A DNA stretch of 64,000 bases from Octopus sinensis (lineage: Eukaryota), in the NCBI RefSeq assembly GCF_006345805.1, contig NC_043003.1:40548001-40612000 (forward strand), in the 5' to 3' direction. The translations under genes and the position numbers were made by a program. Shown here piece after piece: positions 50,721 to 64,000 of the stretch (within the stretch, counting starts at the first letter, position 1; each line of letters starts with the position of its first letter). The notes below the pieces were generated by a model that saw nothing but the letters and a program-made list of their open reading frames with translations, searched no databases and was not told where the DNA came from.

Positions 50721-52358
50721 ATATGGTTGCATTTATATTATTGCAGGAACGAAAAAAGATACAGATGAAAAAAAGATGTGAGAATATTAGTAAAATTGTA
50801 GTAGTTGTTGATCAAACAAACGTATGGTTAAAGATGTTCCAATCATGGCCACTATTTGACCTGTGCATCTCGAACTACAATATTTACTTTGTCCCACACT
50901 TTTCACTACAGTAGGGGAGGGGAGGTATTTTCGATGCTCTTCGATCAGGACGATTGGTCAACTAGAAGTTCGCTTGTTGCTTTCGTGCTGTGTTGGCTTT
51001 ATTCCTTTTTAGCACCATCGTTATCATCTGATCGGACGACCCATTCATTGCAGACATACTGAGCCAGCAAAATATCGAATGATTGACTGTAGCCGTTGAC
51101 TGTTTGTTCTATGTTCATTTGCTTAGTATCTAGAAAAGTTCGTTATTGATCCAATAAAATGCATTTACCTAAATAGTTCAGATCCACAATGTTGCATCAC
51201 ATGGCTTCAATCTACTCTTGATCGGGTGTTTACATATTATTTAACCCATATTTGGGACTATCATAGGTTCTATAACTCCCGGTCAGAGTAGGCCTAGGTA
51301 GAATTGTAGCTAAGAAGTGGTTCCACATTCCTCAAAAACGCTGGAACTCTCGAACTAGGGCCCCAATCCTGCTTGCGTTTTAAAGTCATACTCTTGATCA
51401 GTCCTCATCAACTAAATCTATAATCATAATGAAATTTTTTCCAGCCGTGACCATCTACTTACTGTTTCAACAGACAATATACAAAAAAAAAAAAATACAT
51501 TGCTCAATATATTTCCCCATTCTTAAAACAGCTGAACGTGATCTGAAAAGAAGTTAGTTGTTATTTCTTGTAGGTCGAGCGATTGAGTTGACTTTCTAAT
51601 TGGTTCGTAAGTTTTAAGTCTGCATCGTCAATGTTATTGATTTGGCTGAAGATAAGCCTAACTGAAATGACCGATATACGGCTACCATCTTAAATACAAC
51701 CACAATTCATTTTACTCATGAGTATGTTCTCCAGGGTCACGTTAGCCACCGTATACTTTTATGAAACGTTACAGTGTGACTTGAAATACTTTAGGCTGCT
51801 ATTTCTATAAGGTCAAGCGACGACCTAGATGTTCTCGGGTTGACTCGGTTGCTGCGTTACTCGAATCCACTTTCGAGTATTTGTAACGTCTAGTGCACGA
51901 CACAATAAAGAATCTGTACCGTATCTAAAGAGACAACAAGAAGAAACGACATTTTCGACTGTTCATTTATATGCATATACGCATAATTGTAAGTATGTAT
52001 ATAAAAATACAATAAGATATTCTAATAGCATATTAATATATTATCATATATTAAATACATTATAATATAGGTGACTATAGCAATTAAAACCTAGAAGGCA
52101 AATTCATAAATAAGGGTCCAAACAGTACCTACAATATATGCATGTATTATACATACGCTAATATCGAACAGTGAGAATGAGTGCTCAACACCGCAGTGGT
52201 GGATACATTTTTCTTTATTCGTGGTTTAACATGGCAGACAAAGGTTTCATGTGAAGAGGTTTTCACATGTTCAAGCGAACAAACATTTCCATGTAGCACG
52301 CTTGACCAATTGAGAAAATCTCTTGACAAGAAATCTTTGGTTGACTTGTTAATATATA

Positions 52359-52423
<65 letters not shown>

Positions 52424-52611
52424 CGTGTGTATTCATATAAATGTGTGCGTGTATATAGTCTAAGAATTGTACAAAAACTTGGAAACCAGTGGATGAAGTA
52501 TTATTGGATTCTCATCTTGAACACATGAATTGAAGTCTATAGAATAACACCTTCCGATTTCGAGTAAGTTGTATAATTATTCAACTGTCGGTTTATAAAG
52601 TGGTTTTAATC

Positions 52612-52788
52612 TTGGCTCGAAGTCAGTAGTTTCTAATGGGATGTGGCGAAATCGATTATAACGACCCCAAATCTCAATGAGAAATTACTTTATCGACCTC
52701 AGCGGAATTTGAACTCAGAACTCAAAGACGGACGAAGTGTGAATGAACATTTAGCCCGACATACTAACGATTCACCCAGATCAATGCC
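52612..52788 (-). mobile_element. Degenerate SINE B2
   Basis: ATCGACCTCAGCGGAATTTGAACTCAGAAC matches 31236-31262. Confidence 0.65.
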
Positions 52789-53051
52789 TTAATTCAGTTC
52801 ATAAATTAAAACATTACTCTATATTTTAATGCCTTGAATTTTTTTTTTTTTGATTATTTAGATTCAGAAATACACACATATACACTCACACATAATTATA
52901 CACACACATACATACATGCGCGCGCACACACGGACACACACATACACACATACACACACACATATATATATATATGTATATATATGTGTGTATGTGTGTA
53001 TGTGTATATATGTATGTATATATGTATGAATGTGAGTACATATATATATAT

Positions 53052-53109
<58 letters not shown>

Positions 53110-53539
53110 GAAGATGGTGATAATCAATTCCCCATTTATCCAGGCCACGTACATAATGTCACTTACAGCCCCACTCCCTTAATCACCCTCATTACCAAAT
53201 CTTTATTCTCAATTCTTTCATCTATGCTTTTTATCTCTCCTCAAATCCCCTCCTTCTCTTACCCCATCTTTCTTACATTCTTCCATCATCTATCCGAACT
53301 CTAACACTTCTGTTCCTTCAAGATTAAAGAATTACGAGACATATGCATCGTTTAATCTCCAACGTGTCGCTTCATTACACGGAAGGCAGCTGTTAGTACT
53401 GACTGCAATTAGATCGCGGTGTTTGATGGTTTATAAGTACACACATATATGCTTACACAAACATACTATAACAATGGACATATATAAAATTTAGTTAACA
53501 CATTTCCATACATAGCTATGTGTGCGTATATGTTCATAC

Positions 53540-53925
53540 GCATATTTAATGTATATGTAATATTTATATATATATATAATATATTATATGTCTCTGTCTC
53601 ATATATATATATATATATATAATATATATATATATATAGATAGATAGATAGATAGATGACAGCGTTTGTATGCATTTCTGTTTATGCATGCATATAAGCG
53701 CATATGTGTTGTTCTGTGTTTATATCCATACGTATGATATATATGCTTATACTATTTTGCATAATCAATATGTATATCCGCCTCAAAATTTTAATATTTA
53801 TACATGCATACATGTATATTTGTGTATACAAACATGTATGTCTGTGTGTGTGTGTGTGTGTATGAGTGCGTGTGTGTGGCATGCTACACAACCATGCACC
53901 TATTCCACACTTACATACGCACACA

Positions 53926-54008
<83 letters not shown>

Positions 54009-54102
54009 ACACACACATATATATGTCTATACATACATTCAGATGAATATGGTACTTAAGTTGAGGCACCAGAATTTAGTATGGCAATATGCATACAATA
54101 TG

Positions 54103-54167
<65 letters not shown>

Positions 54168-54406
54168 GAATCTGTCTATTTCTGTATATCCATACATATA
54201 TGTGTATGTTTCTGTATAGACATACACACATATATATATATACATGTATGCATACATAAGTGCATACTTACCCACACACGATCACATATTTATATTTTCT
54301 CATTAATTCTGGTTACATTTTTACTTGCAAATATATGCACTTGAATGCAGGCATCCATACACGTGTTGGCACATGAATATATATTTTCAACAAACGCATT
54401 CATTTC

Positions 54407-54437
<31 letters not shown>

Positions 54438-54505
54438 ACACACACACACTAGCCTTCACGCGTAGGCACACACCATACTCCAACAGTAACATACATACTG
54501 TGGCG

Positions 54506-54552
<47 letters not shown>

Positions 54553-54585
54553 TATGTATATAATATATATATATATATAATATAT

Positions 54586-54617
<32 letters not shown>

Positions 54618-54841
54618 GATATATATAAATATACATATATATATACAATATATATATATGTATATTATATATATATATGTATATATATATATGTGTATAT
54701 ATATATAAATATGTATATATATATGTGTGTATATATGTACATATATATGTATATATATGTACATATATACATATATATATACATATATATATACATATAT
54801 ATATTTATATATGTGTATATATATGTATATATATATGTATG

Positions 54842-54914
<73 letters not shown>

Positions 54915-55836
54915 CTACGTATTTATTATTTTTTTTAAATTCGCAAGGATACACAATATTAGTACAACTGATCATCTTATCACGCAAGAATTCTCTAGAA
55001 ATTGTAACAACACTATAATTATCATGTGATGGTCTTTATCAAGGTTTGTTGAGAAGTTGTAAGGGAAGACGTTATCAAAATATAATTATTTTCTCATTAG
55101 TATCAGCGTCTTTGTTTTTCTGTCTTCTTTAACGGTTATTGTATTCAGAATTCCGACAGTCTCTGCACTGCACTCTGTCACTAAGAACATTCTTTTAGAC
55201 AATTAAGAGCCTCAAATATACCCTTTGCTAGGAAGGAGTTTTAGAAATATATAAAAAAAATAAATAAAAAAATGTTTGTTTTTCTTTTTCAGTGTTTCGA
55301 GTCAGAATCTGCCCTTCATCCTCGATCAACATTATTATATAGACAGTAGTGTGTAATGCATACACGCACACGTACACACACACACACGCACACATACACA
55401 CACAGATATGTGTGTGCATGTGGTTGTGTGTGTGTGAAAGTTCGGTTGAGACAAGCGGACGCTAAAATACACAGATACATACACATAAACATATATAAAT
55501 ACATACACACACACACACACACACACACTTATATATATATATATATATGCATACAAATACATACACACATATGTATATAAGAATGCATACACATATATTT
55601 ACACACACACATATATGTGTGGGTGTGCGTGTGCGTACACGCACACTCATGTACATCTATAGATATATATCTATATGTTTATATATGTACATATATATAT
55701 ATGTAACTATATGTATGTATATATATATAAATATATACAAGTATATATATACTTGTATCCATATATATATATAATCTATCTATCTATCTACCTATCAATA
55801 TATATATACATACATATGTGTATGTGTGTGTATGTA

Positions 55837-55890
<54 letters not shown>
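53540..55890. repeat. Dense (TA)/(TG)/(GA)/(CA) microsatellite field
   Basis: Directly visible. Confidence 0.85.
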
Positions 55891-56689
55891 TGTTATTAAT
55901 TACATTCTCAGATTTCATTGTCTGGTTTATTTCTTGAAATTAATAAATGTGTACAAACATTATCCGTTACTGAATTTCAACGGAAAATGTCTTCAGACAC
56001 GGCCACACAATAAAATTTCGTACAAATAGTTATATTATTGAAAGTATTGAATTACGAAATTCAAGCGAGTGGTTCTGATTGATTACACCCTTTTGTGTCA
56101 CGATATCCATTCCCACTGAAATCGATTACAAATATTTCACTTCTCGTCTAAAATTTATGGGTCCTTATCTATGTTAGGCAACGTTGGTATCAGTACGATA
56201 TGTAATACTAATAATAACACTGTGTTAACTAAATTTTAAGTTTTTTCTGTCATTGCTCAGTAAGTGTTATTTCCAATTTGTTTCTATCTCGAAATCAAAA
56301 GAAATGACTACTATTCCCTTCAAACTTTGCTTTTGGGACCTGGACATCAATGTTTTCAAACTCTTCTATTTTCCATCACATTTCTGATAGCTTCAGCGAT
56401 GAGTTGCTTTAGCAGAAATATCGTTATAGCAATTACTCTGCTTAATACCACAGATTTGCTTGTCAGTTGTTTGAGCTTAACCAGTTGAGCATGTCCCTTA
56501 GTGGTTGTCAATATGTGCATCTCTGATCACGAGCAGGAGTAGTGCAGGAACATCATAGACATGTGCTAAGACGGACTATTTGAGGTTTGAATAAATGTAA
56601 CAAAAGCAATGTTAGAAGGAAATATTAGCCATTTTTCATACTCTCTAAGGGTAAGCAAACAGAAAATGACTATTGGTAATCAAGGACAT

Positions 56690-57240
56690 AAAATCGTGTT
56701 ACACGGTTTCGTGAAACTTTTACTAAAACTGCTATAATAACTGTATAAGAGTTTTATTTGTTTCCATTGCACTACCAGATGCTCCACAGTCCTGTACTTG
56801 GTGAATATATAGCATTGCTCTTTTGAGATTGTAGAACTGTGTTTGTATACGACATCAATTCTACTATAATGAAGGTGCTTTGTAGTTTTTGGTGTCATTT
56901 TAATGTTTCATTTGTTGTGCAGATTATGTGCCATGCTAGCCACCTTGTTTTGTTGAGGTGGCGTTAGTTTCGTATATGCTATCTTCTGGTATCGAGTAGG
57001 AATAATATACAGGCTGTGTTTAGTTGATTATGGTATCGTATGTAGGGAAAATCGAGTATCGATTGTGCAAAGGAATGCATTGTGCTATATTGTTTACCGG
57101 TGAAGTCGTAGATAATTCGTGATGTGAACTGGATTGTTATAGTATTAGTTTTGTAGAAAGAGCGTTCAGTTCGAGGTGTGCTATTCAATTTAACGTGTCT
57201 TGTGTAGGACATGATCTGTATTTGCCAGGTTTATCTTTTG
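56690..57240 (-). mobile_element. Possible heavily decayed LINE RT remnant (Jockey/CR1-like)
   Basis: SYTRHVKLNST..IYDF..HSFA..NK*NIKMTPKTTKHLHYSR loosely follows RT motifs 4-6. Confidence 0.25.
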
Positions 57241-59497
57241 GAGAGTGTGTAACATCGTGAGCCCTAGTATAATTTTCTATTTTCATTAATAGTTCTTACT
57301 AGACCTACTTTTCAACTTATTGATATTGTTTCCACTTCCATGCCCTATATCCTGGTTATTTCAGCATGAAAGTCTGCTATTTGTAGTTTATCTACCTTCT
57401 TCCGAGGATATATATGTGAGGTTTGTCATAGTACAGATATTATCGGGCCGGCTTTAGACCAATGTCTGTGACGTTTGTAACTGATTCGTTCTCACTTTCT
57501 ATATACGTAACAAGTTTATGCATTTATCCATTTACTTTAAACAAGACTATATATTTCCAAAAAAATGTTTAGAATATATTCAATATGACTTCCTTTATTA
57601 GAAGAGCAGTGAACGATAATAGAGTAGCAGTGGTTATTTACTGCCAGAACGAAAACGATGAAATAATTGTCGAATACAAGAAAACAAATGTAAGGAAAAT
57701 AAACAAAATTCACAACACAGAAACAATGACAACGAAATAGATTCACTCATAAACACAAGTAATCACATTTTCACACCCCCAGAAAATGCACAATTTCATA
57801 ACATAATCAAATGTAACAACAGCATCAACAATAATAATAGTCGAATTTAACAAAAAATAAACAATAATTCTAATTTCACAATTTTGTTTTGAACAATACG
57901 AAATAGTGTTCCAACAATTTTTCGCTAATGTCACCATAATAGAAATGGAATAAATATATGTGGTATATCAGAGAAAATAATCTTCAGGGAAATATGAAGA
58001 AAAGAAACGCTTCCCTTATCTGAGGTCCTTATCCAAATGAGAGCAAAGCGGAAAGTTCCTATTTTCCAAATCTTCTATGTTCTCAAAATCCTCTCTTAAT
58101 ACTCTTAGTGCAAAAAATGGAGGGAGCTCTGACAAATTGAGTATGAGACGAGAATGTATCATACATTTGCTCATAGACTTAATTCATACGTGATGCAGCT
58201 CGAGAGTTATAATGAAAAACATATTAGATAATATTGCACCCCGGTTTATCGCCGGGAAAGGCAAAGGAGGAGATAAAGCAATAAACAGTAATAAGAGGAG
58301 GTGTTAGAGAATGCTGTTTCTAGAGTACGTCTTGACACACCACTGTTTGCAACGCCGGTGATAGCCAACACAAAAAAAGAAAAATCGTTTCACCATCGGT
58401 TTAAGCGCCCACTTCGCTTCAATATCCAACACCACCATATCATAAGAGGTATTGGGGAAAAGATGAACTACAAATAATAATGTAACTCTATCGATAGCAG
58501 CGGATAAAGTAAGAAAATAAATGCAAAATCCTTTAACGAGTTTATCTAAATAAAATGTAAGCAAAATGTTTTTGGAGAAGCCATCTCCTCATGAAAACGT
58601 GTTGTTTATAGGATTTCGTAGGACAGGCAGCCAATTGATGAGCAATGTACACCAGTAGTCCTTAAACTGACAATAACTGTGCCTCTTGCCAATAAAAAAC
58701 CTAATTAGTGAAATTTTTACTCCACTTTTCTTTGTTTATTAGAAAACACAATAGAGATTACATCGATGTAATTCTTCCTTTGCTGCAGAGTGGGAGAGCT
58801 TTAAAAGGTTTAAAACAAACTTAATTCTACTAAACATGGGTATTTATCCGACCCGTTTCCAATCCCGATAAGAGCAGGGTCTGTCCAACGGAACCGTGTC
58901 TGTGTTATAAGAAACGATGATGTAAAAGGTTTGTAATAAAATCTACCGAAAAACCAAAAGCAGACTTGTGAGAAGAAGGGCTCCAATTCGGTAGAGCAAC
59001 GAAAAGATAAACTTTTGGAGATACACCACCTTATAAGGCTTGGAACTGCTCTGATTTATTTATCATTAAGACGCAGGTTTTTCCTCTCCTATTCTGACAT
59101 ACAAGATGATCAACCATGATCGACTATTTTCATTAATTGGTTGCATGCAGAGTACATGGAAACAAAGAAATCAGTTTATAGGCTGCTGGTAAAACCAGAT
59201 CATAGCTTCTCATCGAATACGTAGCGCAGTTACCCTAATTCGTTTATATTTCCTTTCCTTCATTTGTATTTATGTATATATGCGTACTTTGTCTAATTTA
59301 TCAGTTTACCAAAATTTTGGTTTACCCTAACATTGTATAACATTTGTCTGCATCGTTTTTTTATATGTAACTGTGTTTGTACGTCTCCTAACCTCTTGTA
59401 AACTTGTTTTTTTTTGTATGATACATGTCTATGCAGAATTTGATCATTACCAACAATTAAATAAAATAATTGCCGTTATTATTACGATTATAAAGAA

Positions 59498-60385
59498 GGC
59501 GGCGAGCTGGCTGAATTGTTAGCACGCCGAGAAAAATGCTTAGCGGTTTACGATCTGAGTTCAAATTCCACTGTGGTCGACTTTGCCTTTCTTCCTTTCG
59601 GTGTCGATAAAATAAGTACCAGTTGAACACTGGGGTCGATGTAACCGTCTCATCCCCACCTTCCCATGCTACCCTTGTGGCAAACATTTGAATTAATTAT
59701 TATTATGATTATTAAGAAGGTGGAGAGGTGGCAGAATCTTTAGTACGCCGGACAAAATGCTTAGTGGCATTTCGTTCGTCTTTACCATCTGAATTCAAAT
59801 TACGCCGAGGTCGACTTTGCCTTTCATCCTTTAGGGGTGGATAAATTAAGCACCAGTGAAACACTGGGCTCAACGTGATCGACTAGTCCTCTCCCTCAAA
59901 ATTTCAAGTTTTGTAACTATAACAGAAAGGATTGTTATGATCATTAAGTAAGTCGACGAGCTGGCAGAATCGTTAGCACGCCGAGTGAAATACTTAGCAG
60001 TATTTCGTCTGCCGTTACGTTGTGAGTTCAAATTTCGCTGAAGTCGACGTTGCCTTTCATCCTTTCGGGGTCGATAAATTAAGTACCAGTTACGCACTGG
60101 GGTCGATGTAATCGACTTAATCCGTTTGTCTGTCCTTGTTTGTCCTCTCTGTGTTTAGCCCCTTGTGGGAAATAAAGAAATAAGAATCGTTAGGACGCCG
60201 AGAAAAATGCTTAGTGGCATTTCATCCGTCTTTGCAATCTGAGTTCAAATTCAGCCGAGGTCGACTTTGCCTTTCATCCTTTCGGGTTCGTTAGAATAAG
60301 TACAAGTCGAACACTGGGGTCGATATAATCGACTCATTCTCACTTCCTCCAAGCTGCCCTTGTGGCAAAAAATTGAAACAATGTT
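59498..60385 (+). mobile_element. Head-to-tail array of four SINE B2 copies
   Basis: Copies at ~59498-59700, 59719-59938, 59955-60182 and 60183-60385, each with a different 3' tail. Confidence 0.9.
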
Positions 60386-60699
60386 AATGATAATAATAAT
60401 AATCATGATTGTTATTATTATTATTATTAACTATTGAATGTCATGTACTATTTAACCATGTCACTTTACATTATCATACGAAATACTACAACAATAATAA
60501 AAGGATAAAGTGCACAACACCTGATAATGTTGTGAAAAAATTACCCTTTATTCACCTGCTGCCGAATATATAACTACTGAAGAGAATTAAGTCATTCCTA
60601 TAATTCGCTATTTGTTGATCGAATGATTCTTTATGAAGTTAGCTGATTCAAGTAGCAAATTACACGTAGATTTTGGTCCCGTATTTTAAACGTAATTTA

Positions 60700-61330
60700 T
60701 TTGATGCTATACATAGAAAGCTAAACCATTTGTGCATTTTAAAACTTCATTATGAATTACGCTGTTTATCCTTATTTTGGTGTCTATTCTGATTAATTAT
60801 TATCTCTCTAGTGTTTTATATGACTATATCTAGAGATCCTATCATTATAGGTATTACAGTTATCTGCTCAGAGATCTCGTATTTGCAATATTTCGCTTCA
60901 TAATTACTATACAACATAATACGTAGTATTCTCAAATATCATAATATCAGTTATCTCACATTTGTCTGATCTTTCTTTTTTCCCTACAACAATATCAGGT
61001 CTTGTACAATTTATCTATTTATACCATCGTAGTATTTGCTGGTGTTTAGTCTCAGGTCGACTTAATTGAATAGTCCTTTGATCAAATGTATTCTATGTAT
61101 GATCATGTTGGGTTTGTATTCACTTAGTACAGTTGTATATATGGCTATATTATCTAAAGTGCCTTTTGTATTATTAAAACGATAGTCTATGATTTGGTGT
61201 AGATATGTCTTTTGTTTCTGTTAGGTCGTTCGACCTTATACATGTTTCACTGTTAGTTTGTCTAACGATAGCAAAGTCCCAAATGATTCATAATATTTCA
61301 TACACTTTTGATTCATTTCTTGATAGTACA
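60700..61330 (-). mobile_element. Decayed R4/Dong-like non-LTR element C-terminus (restriction-like endonuclease)
   Basis: RPDIVVGKK..CEITDI..AKY..EI..TVIPIMIGSLDIV..KTLE..IDTKI matches the RLE motifs RPDIVV.DK..IIDI..K..KY..VIP.VIG.LG. Confidence 0.55.
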
Positions 61331-62055
61331 GTACAGGATATCGAGTCAACAAATTCTTTGCAACATCTACAACCTGATCACAGATAAATTTCTGCTATTA
61401 CTCTTTGAGCTAGTAATAGCTAGATAATCTACTAAACTTCTGACATTTTATAGTAGCGTTGCCTAGCCGGGGTTCTCAGGATCTCTATCTCTCTGCAAGA
61501 GGTTGCAGAGGTTTCGTGTTAAATACTGATAAATAGATGAAATATATGCGAACGTAGTTTTATTTCATTTTTATGCATAATTATATATTCATAGTTTTAT
61601 TATACGCAAATGGCATCTCTCTTTAGGAAGGGCAGCCTCTAGTGAGAATGTCCTCTTGAATGGAAATTGTATAAGAAATTGGCCTAAACCTGTTGGTAGT
61701 TGAGTAGAAATGTCTCCAACCTTATTTGTGGCGTCTAACGGATATAGCATTACAAAATATTTCAAATGTAGTAATGTGCATTGTTCAATCTTTTATTACG
61801 TTTAACTTTATCAACTTAAAAAAAGGAGTAATCAACATAACCATGTGTATAACATTTCTTACCTAAATGTAAAAGGATAGTTGTAACATTTGGTCTCGGA
61901 GTAAACTTCTCGAACTCCAACAATTCGTTATAAATTTTGAAGAATAATATGGGGATTGATTATGCAGTTATACTATTTAAAGAAACCTTTTTATTCTGAT
62001 TACCTCTCTTGCATTAAATCTCTGTCTGTCTATTTCTCTGTTTGTCTTTCTGTCC

Positions 62056-62155
<100 letters not shown>

Positions 62156-62896
62156 GTCTGTCTGTCTGTCTGCCTGTCTGTTTGTGTGTCTGTCTTCATT
62201 CATTCATTCTTCCATCCATCCACAGAAAATTATGTACGTATGCAATTTTTCACTTATATTTGTATATATGCCTGTACATGAATACGCATGTGACTGTATG
62301 TATGTATGTATGTATGTATATATTTATATGCGTGTACGTATGTATGTTTGCATACATTTTCACAAACACACCTAAATATGTGTGTGTGTGTGCGTGTGTG
62401 TGACGATGTGTGTATGTATTTTATACCTAAGTATTTATGACCTTCTATATTTAGCTAAGTGATAATTTCTTTATCCAAACATCTATCTCAATACTTCCAA
62501 CGATTTCCCTTTCCCCATTATTAAATTGCTACAGTTTTTAATCCCAAATTCCATTTCAATATCTTCCCTAAATCCATACAGACCATTGCATTATAGAATC
62601 TATTTGATCTTCAATTTTACCAACAGCTTCCAGTTATCCATAAATAAATCGGGATCTACTCTACAAGCACGCACGCACACACACATCTCCCCCCCCCCCC
62701 CCCACACACACATCTCCCCCCACACACACACACACGTACTCACACACACACAGTGCATGTGTTTATGCAAGTATGTTGTATGTATTTATGCATAGATACA
62801 TAGATATATATTACATTATATATATATATGTGCGTGTGTGTTTATATATACATATGATATTCATATATGTATGTAGGTATATATGTATATATGTAT

Positions 62897-62957
<61 letters not shown>

Positions 62958-63659
62958 CATACTTATTATATCTATGTATAAACGTTTATATATATTTTGT
63001 ATACATCCATTTATGCGCCTGTATATGTGTGACTGTGTGCCTGTGTTACCAGTCTTGTTAATACTAAATTATTATGCTTCTAACAAAAACACGGGGAACA
63101 ATCTATCGCTATGATATATTCATCTAGAGATCTTAAAGTTTCTCAAATCTTCTCGAGTACAAAACTTCATTTCGGTTTCCATTTACCCATAATCTTTATA
63201 ATTAACTTTCTTGTGTTCCCTGCTACTTCTGTATTTATGACGTATGGTACCGCTCTTATACATCTCAAGTTCAAGCAGCATCGAGGTGTTTTTTTCTGTT
63301 TCATCTATATGCATGGTGGCTGGTGGAGTGGGTTTAATCAACGGTTCTACCCTTTCTTGTTTCCGAAATTATGGATAATCTGAAGAATCGCTTCTCTATC
63401 GTTTTGTAGAACGATCATTGCTTTTCCTGTGTGGGTTGATTGTTCAGGGATAAATCTTCAGGGTACGATACATTTCTTGATAATTTTCCAGATGAAGCCT
63501 GGTTAATTTGAGAACACAGACTTATTGCACTGAAACATCACCCTCAAGCGATGATTAGCAGCAGCAGCACCACCACCAACACCACAAACACCACCACCAC
63601 CACCACCACCACCACCATCACCACGATAAGCTCCAGCACCACTACCACAACTTATACCA

Positions 63660-63815
63660 CCTGTTCTTTGATCCCAAGCTGATACCTGTTCTTGTCCTTC
63701 AAGGCGAAGAACTCCTTCACTAAATTCCTCACCTCGACTTGGTTAATGAAACGTCGCGAGCTCGAGAAATGAACGACGATTCGGAACAATTAATAGTCCT
63801 CGTGAGATACTTTTC
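63660..63815 (-). mobile_element. Mariner transposase C-terminal fragment
   Basis: EDY*LFR..RRFINQVEVRNLVKEFFALKDKNRYQLGIKE. Confidence 0.75.
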
Positions 63816-63836
63816 TGCAGTCCTAACGTGCGTAAG

Positions 63837-64000
63837 CAGTGGTTAAAAATGAGCCAGCTTCCAGAAACTGTCGCCAAACATTGACGTTTCGAACATAAGA
63901 CGATGCTCTGCGTCTGGTAGAGTTATGAAGGAATAATTTACTACGAGTTCGTTCCGAACGAAGGAACCATCGATGTCAACCTGTACTCCGGACAGCTGCA
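63837..64000 (+). mobile_element. Mariner transposase catalytic-region fragment, inverted relative to the adjacent piece
   Basis: QWLKMSQLPETVAKH..HKTMLCVW*SYEGIIYYEFVP..GTIDVNLYSGQL. Confidence 0.85.

Noticed and set aside
55940-56010. GTGT-CTGAAGA-long hairpin-ACAC on the minus strand
   Set aside because: There is no GAAA or NUH site.
58300-58960. Possible ancient RT or Helitron helicase fragments (QGLSNGT)
   Set aside because: The motifs are too short and ambiguous between families.

Overview
AT-rich eukaryotic DNA saturated with microsatellites and decayed mobile elements. The style (several tRNA-derived SINE families plus long TA/CA/TATG/GATA tracts) is typical of an octopus genome; this is inferred, not proven. 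No host protein-coding gene can be supported, and nearly all ORFs in the track are translations of simple repeats, so the window is intergenic or intronic. It contains four SINE families (my labels A, B, B2, C) and fragments of RTE, Tx1/L1, R4/Dong-like and Penelope-like retroelements. It also has three mariner relics, one maT/Tc1 relic, several fold-back inverted repeats and a 100-N assembly gap. The most interesting signals are: (1) hammerhead ribozyme motifs, namely an intact minimal type-I hammerhead in a 583-bp terminally redundant non-coding unit, two more tied to long inverted repeats, and one whose segments occur in a non-circularly permuted order; (2) a Tx1-clade LINE with (TATC)n on both sides, suggesting GATA-microsatellite targeting; (3) SINE-head/LINE-tail chimeras joined at three different points. 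All assignments come from reading the sequence by eye; no database searches were run.
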